A stretch of 64,000 bases of DNA from Lepidodermella squamata (lineage: Eukaryota > Animalia > Gastrotricha). A program made the position numbers and the translations under genes. This document shows positions 37,691 through 50,100 of this stretch, piece after piece; within the stretch, counting starts at the first letter, position 1; every line of letters starts with the position of its first letter. The stretch covers positions 2,666,001-2,730,000 of the forward strand of contig JBLDXI010000015.1 of NCBI GenBank assembly GCA_047495785.1, in the 5' to 3' direction. The notes under the pieces were generated by a model, which searched no databases, was not told where the DNA came from, and was given only the letters and a program-made list of their open reading frames with translations.

Positions 37691-39162
37691 ATGGCGCTAC
37701 TGGCTGCCATTTTCTTCTTATTCGCTGTATACTCTTATTCGATTAATGAATCCTCATCTACCGAGACAGATAAGCCTCGAATACAATGCCGCAGCTACTC
37801 AGAAGATGCCCTCGTCCCTATGAATGACAGCTTTGCTGAATACCCGCAGATGTATGTGAATGCCACCAAAAATACCATCACCATCAGTTGCTCAACAGCG
37901 TGCTACGTATTATCATTTTCAGTTAAGGTTATTCCGTATTATACTTTTAATTATTTGCCAGAGAAACATTGCGATACGACATTCAGCAATGCCCCTTTTT
38001 TCTGCTAAAATCTCGGAAGGTTGCTTGGATGATTATCGATCTGGACCAAGTTATCAACTCATTAAGAGCGAAAACGAGACAAACATCTCCTGGTTGTGTT
38101 TCTGGGATTGCACTTCACAGAATTCTTACCCGCGCGACTTGGGTGCGAAGATACTTTTTGAAACCATTGATAATAAAACATTGCCCCGGACGCGCACCAA
38201 TTTTTATTGCCATTACGGGGAAGTTCGATTAGGCAATAGTTCACAGCTTGCAACTTATTGCTCGGTAAAATTTATAACAATATTTAAAACAAATTTTCGA
38301 AGAATTCCTTTCAGGCCACATATTTTCCAGTGAGTCGCCGAATTAAGTAAGTAATTTGATTTATGTGATTAATTTCGAATTTACCCAAAAATTTGAATAA
38401 TTTCGGTAACACAGATTTGATTACGCGGTTCAAGTCGGCTTGGAGGATGGTTTCGTATTCAGAGTTTCCCTATATTCTTCGAGTGGTTTCAATGAACTTC
38501 ATTATCAAGTCGACTGTGCGAAGGGCGACTACTGCGTGAATAAAGCCGATTTCAACGAACTTATAGCTCAGGAAACTCAGGATCCGATGGCAGTCAGCAA
38601 ATCTACGTCAAAACCCAGCTCACTAGCGACCTCCAGCAATTCTGTATCAACATCTAGCTCATTGGCCTACACCTTCATCTTCACCTTCACCACTACAGTA
38701 AGAACCAGAGCGTCGATATTTCCTACTCTCGCTGTAAACGAAACAATAAAGGGAAATTATGATAATTTCACTGAGGAAACGTCTAACTCTGACATTTGGC
38801 ATGCAATTTCATTCTTTATCGTGTTGGTAATAGTAATAATCTTGCTCGGTATCTGGTGCTGGCGGAAATACAAACAAAAACCTCCAAGTTCTGAAGACGC
38901 AGTTACTCAGAGCTTGCTCGAGAAAAATGATTCCGGTAGGTTGGTGCAGTCCTCACAGGTCCCGGTTCCAGGCCTGCGCCGAATCCCAGCTCAATCCCAT
39001 GTCGCGGAGGTCGTTGTCAACCCGTCCTCACAAGACCCGGTTCCAGGCCGAGACCTGCGCCGAATCCCAGCTCAATCCCATGTCGCGGAGGTCGTTGTCA
39101 ACCCGTCCTCACAGGACCCGGTTCCAGGCCGAGACATGCGCCGAGTAGCCTCATCGCCCTAG
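37691..39162 (+). CDS. Single-pass membrane protein: signal peptide, two Ly6/three-finger-like Cys domains, Ser/Thr stalk, TM (copy A; exons 37691-37906, 37962-38264, 38315-38346, 38415-39162)
   Basis: IQCRSY..CSTACY..EGC..CFWDC and FYCHYG..YC..DCAKGDYCVN; splice sites conserved with copy B. Confidence 0.75.
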
Positions 39163-39872
39163 CCTGCAGATGTTCAACGCAGGTCGCCAGCAGAGCTAAA
39201 TCGACGGCGAAGTCAAGGTCGTGAAGTTGATGACGTGAACAACATCCCATCATTTTGCCGCTCGGTGACAGCACGCATCACGAACTCAATCGTAACGCAG
39301 AATAGAATCTTTGAAAGGATGCAGCCCTGCCTGATATCGGAGTTTACCGCAAAGTTCAATCACTCTCTCAAGATCTCTCAAGATGACTCGACACAACACA
39401 ACAAGATGACTCGAGTCGAAGCTTTTAGGCGCTTGACCTCGAAACCTAGGATATATCCTCGATTAACGCCCGAGATTTGTCGGAGATCCAAGGCTAGTTC
39501 TTCCTCCAATCCAGGATACCCTGCAGATTCACTGACGACTCCCTTGAATAGACGCCAAGAAACCTTCGAACCTTCAAAACCTTCAGCCGTGTTGAGTCCG
39601 GGGATCGCCAGTACGCCAGTCACACTTCGCGAGAACTTTGGCCTTACTTCAGGATCCCTCAGCTTGTCAACGGCGATTTTTCGTGCGCAGGGCTTGCCCT
39701 TCGGTGGCGCTAGTTTCAGGCGTACAGAGCCCACAACTAGCATGTGGTCATTGCCTATGTTGGCCCCGCGATGGACGTAAGCATCCTGAAGAGCACTTCG
39801 CCAGCGGCGGTAGACCGTGATGTGGTCGATCTGGTTAGCGTCCTCTTGTCGTGAGCTGGTGAATCTCATCAT
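38940..39872 (-). mobile_element. Degenerate, internally deleted RTE-clade LINE
   Basis: EN end NQIDHI..DHMLV, RT motifs IRQGCILS and LDFAVDLALL, C-terminal VDNDLRDMGLSWDSAQ. Confidence 0.8.
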
Positions 39873-40291
39873 GCGAGACAGCGAAACAGCGAGCCACGAG
39901 CCACCGATTACCTGTTCGTCGGTTGCGAATTTATGACGATTCCGAAATTAGCTCTTAGATATTCTATCACGTAACCAACATTTTTTTAGAACTTGTAAGT
40001 CCAATTGTACCCCCTGCGTGCTTGCATCGGACGGAACTACGATGAGCTGTGTTGAAACTCGGTTCAGATGAAAATAAGAACAAAACCCGTTCGTTGATTA
40101 TTTCAAACTTGTTACTAATTTTATATTCGTTGCAAAAGCTCTGCAATCCACGGGGCGGTTTGCTCTTTCTCTTTAGTTTAATTTGTTTCTGATTCCTCAT
40201 AGATCCAAAAAATTAATACACTATTTTGATATTACGTTTAAAAATAAGAATGCGAGGCCTAAAGCAATTTTTTAATTCTGTAGAATTTTAA

Positions 40292-42163
40292 ATGCGTGAA
40301 TTACCAATGTTCCGATTTTCAATGCTCATTCTACAAATTACAGCCGCTTCCACAGCTCATCTTGATTATGGCACTGCAAAATTGAATCTAATCAACGAGC
40401 TATTGAATACATATCCTGGTGCTAATTCATCCCACCCGGGTCTTGTCGCTCCTGTCAATTTCTTTGATGGCTTTAAGGAATATGTTTCACGTTCTGGAAA
40501 ACTTTTCGAGTTTATAGCGTCGACTCAGGTTGCGCTAAACTTCACAATCCGTCGCTTTCACGAGGTCGGTGATTTGAACGGTGAGTTGACTGTCATCGCT
40601 CTTGTAGAAGCCCGCTGGCGCGATCCGAAACTCGGTGGTCCGTTGTGGGAACGATGGGGAATAGAGAGCACAATCATGCTTCCTGCTTACAAAATTTGGA
40701 TGCCACGCCTTGCTTTGGACGGCCATAGCGACTTCGCCTTCAGCAGGCCCAATGCTCGACTTGGAGACCTCGATTCAGTGGAAGTAACACCGGATGGCTG
40801 GGTTTACTGGGCCTACGAAGGTCCAGTGAATACCAAATGCAGCTATACTTTCGAAGGCTTCCCGCACGACAAATACGTTAGTTTTTCGATGTTAAAATAT
40901 TTACCTTATCATTTTTTCCTCCAGGATTGTAAATTTCTCTTCAAACCAGTCTATGACGCTGATAGGATATTATTTCGTCCAGACAGCAGTGGGACCGTGA
41001 AGTTCACTGGCCTTCCAAATAATTGGAAAGATTTGCGAAAGCAGTACAGTCAGCCTGACTGCTGCAAAACAGACGTGCATTTCCCCAAGCGTTTTGGCGC
41101 TGTCGAGTTCGGCTTTACGCTGTATCGTAATCCGACATGGTTCAACTGGCACTTCAAGTACCCGATCACTTGCTTACTTCTTTCGCTGCTGGCAATAAGC
41201 ATAATTCCACTTTGGAACGCCAACGTTGCCTTAGCAGTTATCGCCTTGCGTGTAACTGTGTATTTAGGCTTCTTTTTTATCTACTCACTCTCAGCAGATG
41301 CTTTGCCGAAAGCTGAGACTGAAATTAGCATTTTTTACGATCTTGCTGTGACTGTTGTTTTCCTCGCGATGACATGTGACATCTTGATATGCGCTCTCTT
41401 CAAACAAGAACACAACCTCCCTGATGATTTGAAACTGTGTGGTGATGTAGAACAGCAATGCGGAAACCCCGCGGAATGTAATAAACGCCGTATGATCCGG
41501 AATGTCATAAGGTATCCGGCCGTACGTGCGTCCCGCGCTGTTATCGTCAGCTTTTTTATTGGTACAATCGCCACTGCCTATTTTAGCCCTGAAAGAATGA
41601 AGTTGTTCATGATACTGGAATATTTTGCATTCTTTTTTTCTGTGATACCTTCCTTGTTTTTTGTTGTTTCGACTATTATCAAGGGCGCCGACGCCGAGTC
41701 AATCCTTAAAATTGCACACCTGAAAAGGGCTCGCGTCGATCTGGCAATTTATGCCATATTGTTCTTGAAATTCTTCTTCCTCTTCGCCCTTCCTTTATTC
41801 CCTGAAATTTCGCAAACTTTTGGCAAGCTGTATGCGAGTTTTTTATCACTGTACACGGAAAGGATGGTAATTATTTTTTCTTCGGTTATTGTCTTGATTT
41901 TTCTGATGTTCAGCTTAAGGTTGCCATTTATCGGACCTATCTTGAGATCATGCATTAAATTCAAATGCTGCGAAAACTGTAAAGAGAAAGCGTGGTACAA
42001 GATGGTCAAACATAAACCTATTCTATTGAGGATTGATAATTCCTCAGCTTCAGGTACAAAAGAAGTAGTAGCCTCCAACCCCGCCTCGATCCAAGGGGAG
42101 CCTAAACACGACCCAAGTCGACTCAAGCCATCCAGTGACTCGGTCCTGAACTTCAATCCGTAA
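40292..42163 (+). CDS. Divergent nAChR-like Cys-loop receptor subunit with extra C-terminal TM helices (copy A; 48 bp intron 40877-40924)
   Basis: Signal peptide, WRDPKL, IWMP, C-x13-C after splicing (CSYTFEGFPHDKYDC), vicinal CC, M1-M4 plus three further hydrophobic segments. Confidence 0.88.
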   Translation: MRELPMFRFSMLILQITAASTAHLDYGTAKLNLINELLNTYPGANSSHPGLVAPVNFFDGFKEYVSRSGKLFEFIASTQVALNFTIRRFHEVGDLNGELTVIALVEARWRDPKLGGPLWERWGIESTIMLPAYKIWMPRLALDGHSDFAFSRPNARLGDLDSVEVTPDGWVYWAYEGPVNTKCSYTFEGFPHDKYVSFSMLKYLPYHFFLQDCKFLFKPVYDADRILFRPDSSGTVKFTGLPNNWKDLRKQYSQPDCCKTDVHFPKRFGAVEFGFTLYRNPTWFNWHFKYPITCLLLSLLAISIIPLWNANVALAVIALRVTVYLGFFFIYSLSADALPKAETEISIFYDLAVTVVFLAMTCDILICALFKQEHNLPDDLKLCGDVEQQCGNPAECNKRRMIRNVIRYPAVRASRAVIVSFFIGTIATAYFSPERMKLFMILEYFAFFFSVIPSLFFVVSTIIKGADAESILKIAHLKRARVDLAIYAILFLKFFFLFALPLFPEISQTFGKLYASFLSLYTERMVIIFSSVIVLIFLMFSLRLPFIGPILRSCIKFKCCENCKEKAWYKMVKHKPILLRIDNSSASGTKEVVASNPASIQGEPKHDPSRLKPSSDSVLNFNP

Positions 42164-43184
42164 AAAAACACGATATCGATGACATATCGTCGACATATCG
42201 CGGCGGTACTTCTGCTCCCTATGGTCCATGAATAACTCGGAATTAAGTTCGTTTATGTCAGTTTCATGGTAACTAGCAATAGCAGGGGCCGGCCGGCCAT
42301 CCTAAGTATAGAACAACCATAAAGAAATCAGATAACTTTCTAACTGTAAATTTATCTGCTCTTGGAGGGAAACGTGTAGTGCCTGAATTTTAATTATCAA
42401 TTTTATGTTATTTAATTTTTATAATTCCCAGAGTTTGTGAGGTAGGTAGGAGGCTAATAGGGAGCTATCAGCCAACCGGTGCCCAGCGCATCCGATTATG
42501 CGCAGCACCAAAATTAGGGTTTGATTATCTTATCACAACTCAGGAATTATGGATAGATTCGGAGAGTTCAACTCATTATACGGTCGCTCATGCTTTTAAA
42601 TTTTTGATGATTTCTTTAATAATTATTAAACTTGAAAATAAAAAAACCTAGCGCTCAATCGCAGTTATCTAATAATTAAAACCATGAGCGACTTTATTTT
42701 GACGCCCTTGGCTCCTGTTGTGTGCGCGCGCGTGTGTGTGTGCGAGAGTATTCCGTATTGTGCGCGAAACACAAAATCGAAATTGTTAACGAAATTAACC
42801 CCCGCGCGCTGATGTCAAAGGGTTACATTAAAGTTTCATGGCGGTTTTCATACCAAAACAAACTATAGACAATTCTCTTTCAAATGAATATGGGTTTCTC
42901 GCGTGAAAAAATCAAAATAAATAAGTTTTACGCGCACAACAAATTTTTAGTTGTACGCGCGCGCGCGTTACGCAACTTGGTGTGCTTCCGGTACTGCTTC
43001 CGGAAAAAGTGTTTTTTTGCTTAAAAGTCTACCCCAACCGAAGCCATTGAATGAGCTTTTATTTTTCTGATAGCTACAATTTTAATATCTATCTAACCAT
43101 CTTTTTATTTTTCCGTTATCCCTCAGCGTTATGAAATAATCCGTACAAACCTCCTTTCCCGAAAACCTTCTCTCTTTAGTATTA

Positions 43185-43211
43185 TAGATAGATAGATAGA
43201 TAGATAGATAG
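43185..43211 (+). repeat. (GATA)n microsatellite
   Basis: tagatagatagatagatagatagatag. Confidence 0.8.
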
Positions 43212-43755
43212 GTAGGTGGCAAGTGTACAGATGTATTTGTTTATGCCTCTTCATTCACTTGAAAAACATGTCACCCATCACCTTGAAACTGACTTAAACC
43301 ATAAGCGAAGTTAAGGTAAGCTAACACGAGCTTCAATCAGTGCTTTTCAACGACGCTAACGATATCACCCTTTTTGGAACCATTGAGAAATGCCCATTTA
43401 TACACAGCTATGTACTGATTACTGATCCCTCCTCATCAATCATTGTAAATATTGTCATTCATTTTTCGGCTTAATAAACCAATCAAGGAATTCAGACAAT
43501 CTTGTAATTAACCATGCAAATTTGTCCGGTGACAACCCGTTCCAAGCGGCACCACACCGACCACCCGGACTGAATTTCGGGCTGAAATTCGTCACTATTC
43601 AATATTCGCAATATATATAGTAATCATGAATGAAAAATGGAAATAAAAAAGTTTCGGAAAAATCAGTAACGTGTCAATAGATGTGTAGGATAAAAGGCAT
43701 TTGACCGTTAGCAAGTGAAAATTGGGTATGGCGTTTCTTCTGTATTTTTCAGCTA

Positions 43756-44126
43756 CCGTACTGCCCGGAACAAAAACCATGACATTTGTTTTTTTCAAAC
43801 GCTGATGAACCCCTGACATTTAAAAGGGACTGACATTTATTTCGGGCCTGACTTTTATTTATTCGAACCAACTAGTAACTTGCCTGGGTACCAAAATGAC
43901 ATATAGTTTCCTGAGATTTTACGTATTTTGACCCAAAAATTGGTCCCTGACGTTTCTATAAGCCAAGAGTAGAAATTATCTCCATTCAGAATGGAGAATA
44001 AGCTATAATGACCTCATTAGTGATAAATGATTGACCTGACATTTATTTCGGGCCTGACTTTATTATTTCGAACGACCTCAACCTCTGACATTTATTTGAG
44101 GCTGGCTTTTTTTTCGGGCAGTACGG
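43756..44126. mobile_element. pogo/Tigger-like MITE
   Basis: TIR CCGTACTGCCCG, TA TSD, internal repeat CTGACATTTATTTCGGGCCTGAC. Confidence 0.85.
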
Positions 44127-45497
44127 TAATCGCGCAAATTGCCGTGAGAAGGCCGATTCTTGAATTGTTCAAAGAGAATTTTACATTTCACTGGAAAAGA
44201 GGAATTTTATTGTCGACGACAAAAATTATGAAAAAATAGGCTAATCAGCGACGAAATATTGATCGAAATACATAGTCAGTTTTATCAAGTTTAGAGCAAT
44301 CGCCAAACATCAGGCTGATCATTAATCCACAAAGTTGAGTGTAAACGACAAATGGTACATTTTTAAGAAATTTTCGGGAAATATTCGTCCTGGCATTTTT
44401 TTGGGTTTCGGCATTTTCTCATACTCATACTCATACTTTATTGCGCAATTCGCCTTTCGACATTCAGCACTTCGATCACATGTCATCACATACAGGAGGC
44501 CTAAGAGTCATCTATACATGAGCCGATTATTGCTGATCGATCCATGGTCCCCAGCAGCGAGGAAAGTAGGCCGACCAACCTGCCAGGGACGCGGTTTATC
44601 TGTAAAAAAAATTGCCGCTCGCTCGCTGTGCTCGCTCGCGAACACCTGTTCTATTATCAATGACCGACAACGCTATTTTGCAGCTTTCACTTTTTCCCAC
44701 AGTTTTTTGCCCCCGATTTGCCTTAAATAGTCATTAAATTGAAGAATTCGAATTTTAATTTCAACTTTGCGAGCGAAGCGATTTTGCGAGCGAGCGAGCT
44801 TTAGTTGAAGCTATTTTTAGAGATTTTGCAGAGGGAATAGCCAGAAAATGCTCAAAATCTCGTACAATTTCAAAAATAAAAACAAAATCGACCTTCAAAT
44901 TTGTTAATTCACCTATAAAAAACTTGAATTTTATCACCTTTCGATGAATAAAAGTTGGTAACGTTGGCTACGTATGAAGTTTTCAATTCAATATTTATGT
45001 TCTACTCGAAAGTCGAGCGCAAATTTCAAGTTAGCAGGCGCTGTGATTATAGCGAGCGAAGCGAGCTTAGAAAGACATTTTGCGGTAAGTAAGGCTGAAA
45101 ATAGCCCTTGCTACACTCATTTTGCGATTCAACTACGCCCTGCCAGCCAACCTACCGGGGATTTCAGCGTCCCTGGCGGGGACACCTTGACCCTCAAACC
45201 TACCAGGTACGCGTCCCTGGTACTACCCTCATCGTCCCTGGCGTCCCTGGTGCTACTTTCCTCGCTGGTCCCCAGGCTTTCGCACGGAGTAGCCATCTCT
45301 TGATTGCCGGTGAATGGAGTCCTACACCGGTAGGAAGAGAGCCGGAATCTCGGAGGAACTGCTTAGGCGGGAATTACCAGCAGCTTTCCCAATCGAGGAT
45401 TGGATCCTTGGCTCCAGTTGGCCGCATGACTCTTCATGGCAGCTTGATTTACGGTCCCAGAACCGCAGAAGAAAGCAGACGTTGTGCGGAGACGCAT

Positions 45498-45689
45498 TGT
45501 AATGTCGCCGCCAAATATTAGATGCAATTTATTACTGCTTATAATAATACTGTTTTATAATGCCGATTATTATTACCGGCGGGTCACGAGCCATGTGCTC
45601 CCGGATAGATGTCGTTTAGGATAAAGGAAAAAGGGGCAGAATAAAGATTTCGGTTTTCAAACAAACTTTGTTTTGGCGAGTACTTTACA
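45498..45689 (+). repeat. 5' LTR
   Basis: TGTAATGTCG...TACTTTACA; contains AATAAA. Confidence 0.95.
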
Positions 45690-46055
45690 TTGGTGACAGC
45701 GTACTTCGTGCCCGCCCTCGACTTTCATCAATTCGTGCGAGATAGCCGCTGCTGTTCGAGTATCCTGTTCGTGTTTCCAGTTCGCGCTATTCGTCGATCG
45801 TGCCGAGCATGCCTCTTTGCAGGGTTTTGGGTAAAATTTTAGCTTAAATTGGTAACAGTAGTTTTTCAATATTTCAAGTGTCAACATTTTACCTTTTAAT
45901 TCTCAATTTACCTTGTTTTCTCTTTGGATTTGATTTCATCTTGCAATCTCAGCTGATTTTCTCTTGCCGTAGATTCTAATTTTACCTTACAAATCCACCT
46001 TAATTTTACCTTCATTCTGTTGATTTTTCGCTATTTTTCTCTTCTACTTTTATCA

Positions 46056-47141
46056 ATGTCTCAAGCCATTGTCGATGACGAAGGCAAATCAACTGCCGAT
46101 GCAGTAGAAATTTTAGCCTCAGCGTTAAAGTCCAAATTAAAGGTCTCTGTACCTACTGTCGTCGCTAACCCATGGCCTGACCCGTATACTTTAGGAGAGG
46201 ATTTCGAGTCTTTTCTCGATCGCTTTGAGGTCGCTTGTAAGTCTCGTGGTGTTACTATGGACGATGAAAAGTTGTCTGCGCTTAAACCTATCTTACCACG
46301 TTCAGCTCATCTTTTCTTATCCTGCCTTCAAGGCACCGCTGATGCCCATCCTTTGACGTATGACGTTGCTCGCTTGAAATTACTAAAACATTTCGGTATT
46401 CAAGGTGATGAATCAAGTTTTGAGGCGAAATTACTCGCGCGTAAACAGTTACAAGGCGAAAGTGTGTTGGATTTTGGTGCTTCTTTGTATGATTTGGCTC
46501 ATAAAGCTTATCCTGATACTGCTTCAGATTACGTTAAATCTCTGCCATTTTGCGCTCTTTTCGTAAATGGTGTCACTGAAGGCGCGATTAAGCGGAAATT
46601 GATTGCCAAAAGAAAGGCTAACTCGTCGCTCACTTTCGCTCAACTCTTAAAAATTGCTGAAGACGAGCAGGATATTGCTATTGCTAGCGGTAGTAAGGCC
46701 GCCGAAACAGGCGTTAACGCGATAACAGCTGAACAGCTGCGCGATGTAATAAATGCTATCGTCGATGAACGTGTTAGTAAAGCGGTGAATTCGGTCAGCA
46801 ACAACAACAATAATAATAACCCGCCGCGCTCTCGCTCTTCTTCGCGAAATCGTCATTTTTATCGCTCTAATTCGCGCAATCGTTCGAGGTCTCGTCAAGT
46901 GTCTTTTGTTGACCAAGGTCGCAGTCGATCGGGTAGTCGCAATAACAATAATCGCAATAATAATAATCGCCGCTCCGACTCTGATGACAATTGTTATAAT
47001 TGTGGCGCTCCAGGTCACTATTCTCGTGATTGCACCCAGCCGCGTTCAAACAATCGCCGCTATAATAGTCGCAATGGTTATAATAACGGCAATCGGAACA
47101 ATTACAACAACCGTTTCAACAATCGTAATAATTTGTTCTGA
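46056..47141 (+). CDS. gag: Gag with CCHC zinc knuckle
   Basis: RKQLQGESVLDF MHR-like motif, CYNCGAPGHYSRDC, RS/N-rich NC region. Confidence 0.9.
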   Translation: MSQAIVDDEGKSTADAVEILASALKSKLKVSVPTVVANPWPDPYTLGEDFESFLDRFEVACKSRGVTMDDEKLSALKPILPRSAHLFLSCLQGTADAHPLTYDVARLKLLKHFGIQGDESSFEAKLLARKQLQGESVLDFGASLYDLAHKAYPDTASDYVKSLPFCALFVNGVTEGAIKRKLIAKRKANSSLTFAQLLKIAEDEQDIAIASGSKAAETGVNAITAEQLRDVINAIVDERVSKAVNSVSNNNNNNNPPRSRSSSRNRHFYRSNSRNRSRSRQVSFVDQGRSRSGSRNNNNRNNNNRRSDSDDNCYNCGAPGHYSRDCTQPRSNNRRYNSRNGYNNGNRNNYNNRFNNRNNLF

Positions 47142-47167
47142 AAAACGCCGACAAAGATCGGGTTGCT

Positions 47168-50100
47168 TTGCCGGCTTGTGGTGATTCTGTTGGAAATGAT
47201 GATAAAAATGACCCGTCGATGAATGTCCCTGGTGTACAGCCTGCTCTTCCTCGTGTTTGTGTCATTCTTCACACCATTTTCTATTATTTGTTCTTTTTCT
47301 CGATTTTTGGTCTATTATTTTCGCTCGCTACGTTTTATTCTTTTGCCTTAATCGCCGCGTTTCTCTGTTTTATTTTCTACCGCTCGTGTGTTCTGATTTT
47401 CTTTCGGACTCTACTTGCTAATTTCAAAGGCTTGATTGCTTTGACTTTTTCGGAACTAATTTCATGCGTCCCTACTCGTTACGTTTCGCGCGTTAAATGT
47501 TGGAATTATTTGTTGCGCAAGTATTTTAGCGAGGCTAAATGCGCGTTGTGTGTTATTTTCGGGAATTTTCGTGCGATTATTTGTCGATTTCAGGCGCGTT
47601 TTCTTAGCCGATCAGTCAATGCTATCTCCAGCGAAGAATTGGCTTTTGTCAATGTTGATATTAATGGTAGACCTTATAACGCTCTTGTTAATTCTGGCTC
47701 TTGCTATTCTTTCGTTAATAAACGCGTAGCCGATGACCATTCGTTCAAGTACTCGATGAGTACTGAGGTCGTTTCGGGTTTTCAAGGTTCAACTGCCTCT
47801 GTCTCAAATCCTTTCTCGGTACCGTTCATTATTGGAAAATTATCTTCGAATTTTGATTTTCGCATCGTCTCTGATTTACAGGTCGATGTTTTATTGGGTC
47901 GCGATTTTCTGTCGAAATTTAAGGGTGACATTTTATATACCTCAAATGAACTTCGCTTCAATAACGAATTTTCTGTTCCTCTTGTATCATATTTTTCTCG
48001 TCGTTTTTCTTTTCCGATTTATTCTGCTTCTAGTGTTGGCATTTCGCCGGGTCGTTCTGGCCAAATTCCGGTGAAATTGCGACATCAGAGCTATTTCCCT
48101 CTTGTCTTTGAGCCTACTCTTTGCCATGATAATTCTTTTCTTTGTCTTTCTCCTGGTCTTTTTCCCGAGAATTTGAGTTCTTTTTATATCGATGCTGGTT
48201 TTTCTTCTACTCACGTCTATGTTCCGAAAAATACTGAACTTGGGACTATGACTGTTGTTTTACCGGACTTTTTAACTTCGGAATTTTCATCTTGTTTTTC
48301 TATTTTACCCTCAAATCCGAATATACCTTCTTCACCTTTTCCGCCTGCTTCGGGAAATCAACCTGAACCGGGAATTCCTAACGATTTTTCTATTGACCGC
48401 TTCAATATCGATGATTCGATATCGCCTTCGGCTCGCGAATCTTTATCCAATCTTTTACGCGAATTTTCCGATATTTTTTCGTTCGATGGTAAACCGGGTC
48501 GAACGGACATTTTGAAACACTCGATCCGAGTTGTTGACGACACCCCGACTCATGTTCCTCCTCGCCGATTAACGCCACCTATGCGAGAGGTAGTTGATAA
48601 ACAAATCGATGATTTTCTTGCCAATGGCATCATTCGCCCCAGCAAATCGCCCTACTCAGCTCCGTTAGTACTCGTTTCAAAGCCCGATGGTTCTACACGC
48701 GCATGTGTTGATTATCGAAAATTAAATTCTATCACCATTCGTGACAGTTATAATTTGCCAAGGGTTGATGATAGTTTAAACTGTCTCGGTTCTGCTCGAA
48801 TTTTTTCATCACTTGATTTGCAATCGGCGTACCATCAATTACCGATGGCTGAAGATTCTATTGAAAAAACCGCTTTCTCTTGTCATCGAGGGCTATTTGA
48901 GTTTGTTACCATGCCATTTGGTCTTATGAATGCTGGCGCTCAATTTCAGCGTTTGATGGACATAGTTTTGGCTGGTTTAATTTGGGTGTTTTGCCTCGTC
49001 TATATGGATGATATTATCTGTTTTAGTTCGAATGAAGATGAACAGATTTCACGTTTGCGTAAAATTTTCGAGCGACTACGTCGTCACGGTCTAAAATTGA
49101 AGCCTTCTAAGTGTTTCTTTTTCCGCCGAAGAATTAAATATTTGGGACATATTGTCTCTGAAAACGGTCTTGAACCTGACCCCGCAAAAGTCTCTGCTAT
49201 TTCTGATTTTCCTCGTCCCTCATGCTTGAAATCTCCACGTCGATTTTTGGGGATGGTTGGCTATTATCGCCGATTAATTGCTAATTTTTCGGACATTGCT
49301 TCGCCTCTTCATCTTGCTTCTTCTCCTTCGGTTCCATTTCAATGGACGCCGGAATGTGAATTGGCTTTTCAACAGTTAAAATCCGCCCTAATTTCGGCAA
49401 CTGTTCTTGCTTTCCCCGATTTTTCTCGTGAATTTTCAATTCACTGTGATGCTAGTGATGTCGCTTTGGGTGCTCAATTAACTCAACGCGATGAAAAGGG
49501 AGTTGAACACCCTGTTTCGTTCGCTAGTCGAATTTTGTCCCCAGTTGAGGCCAAGTGGTCTGCGACTGACCGCGAGGCTCTTGCTCTGTTCTGGTCCGTT
49601 CAACACTTTTTGCCCTACGTTTATAATAGCAAATTTACCGTTGTGACAGATCATCGTTCGCTATTGTGGCTAAGATCCTTGAAAGATCCATCCAAGCGTG
49701 TCGCTCGTTGGATGTTATTACTGGATCCTCTTGATTTTACGGTGGTTCATAAACCTGGCCGCCTTCATACTGTCCCAGATGCTCTTTCTCGTGATCTACA
49801 AACATCTAAAAATGTGGCGATGTCATCTTTTGTTTTTCTGGTTTCATCGGTCTCTCTTTTGAAAAATTTAGAATTATTACCGTCAACAGTGGCTGATGCT
49901 CAATTTTCTGACCCTGATTTTAAACCCATCGTCAATTCGTTGCGTGAAAATCAAAAATTTCCGCCAAAAATTGATTCTCCAACTTTTGTACAAAGTCAGC
50001 TGATACGATTGTACAGTTTTCTCGTTCTTGATTCAAATAATGTTGTTTATTGGTGTCCGAAGGGTACCAAATCTTTTTCTCGTTCGCATTTACTTCTTCT

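Noticed and set aside
39235-39780. 181 aa plus-strand ORF
   Set aside because: Antisense shadow of the RTE fragment
44610-45070. GCGAGCGAAGCGAGC motifs (also ~537 and ~54305)
   Set aside because: Appears to be an internal motif of dispersed repeats; element boundaries could not be defined
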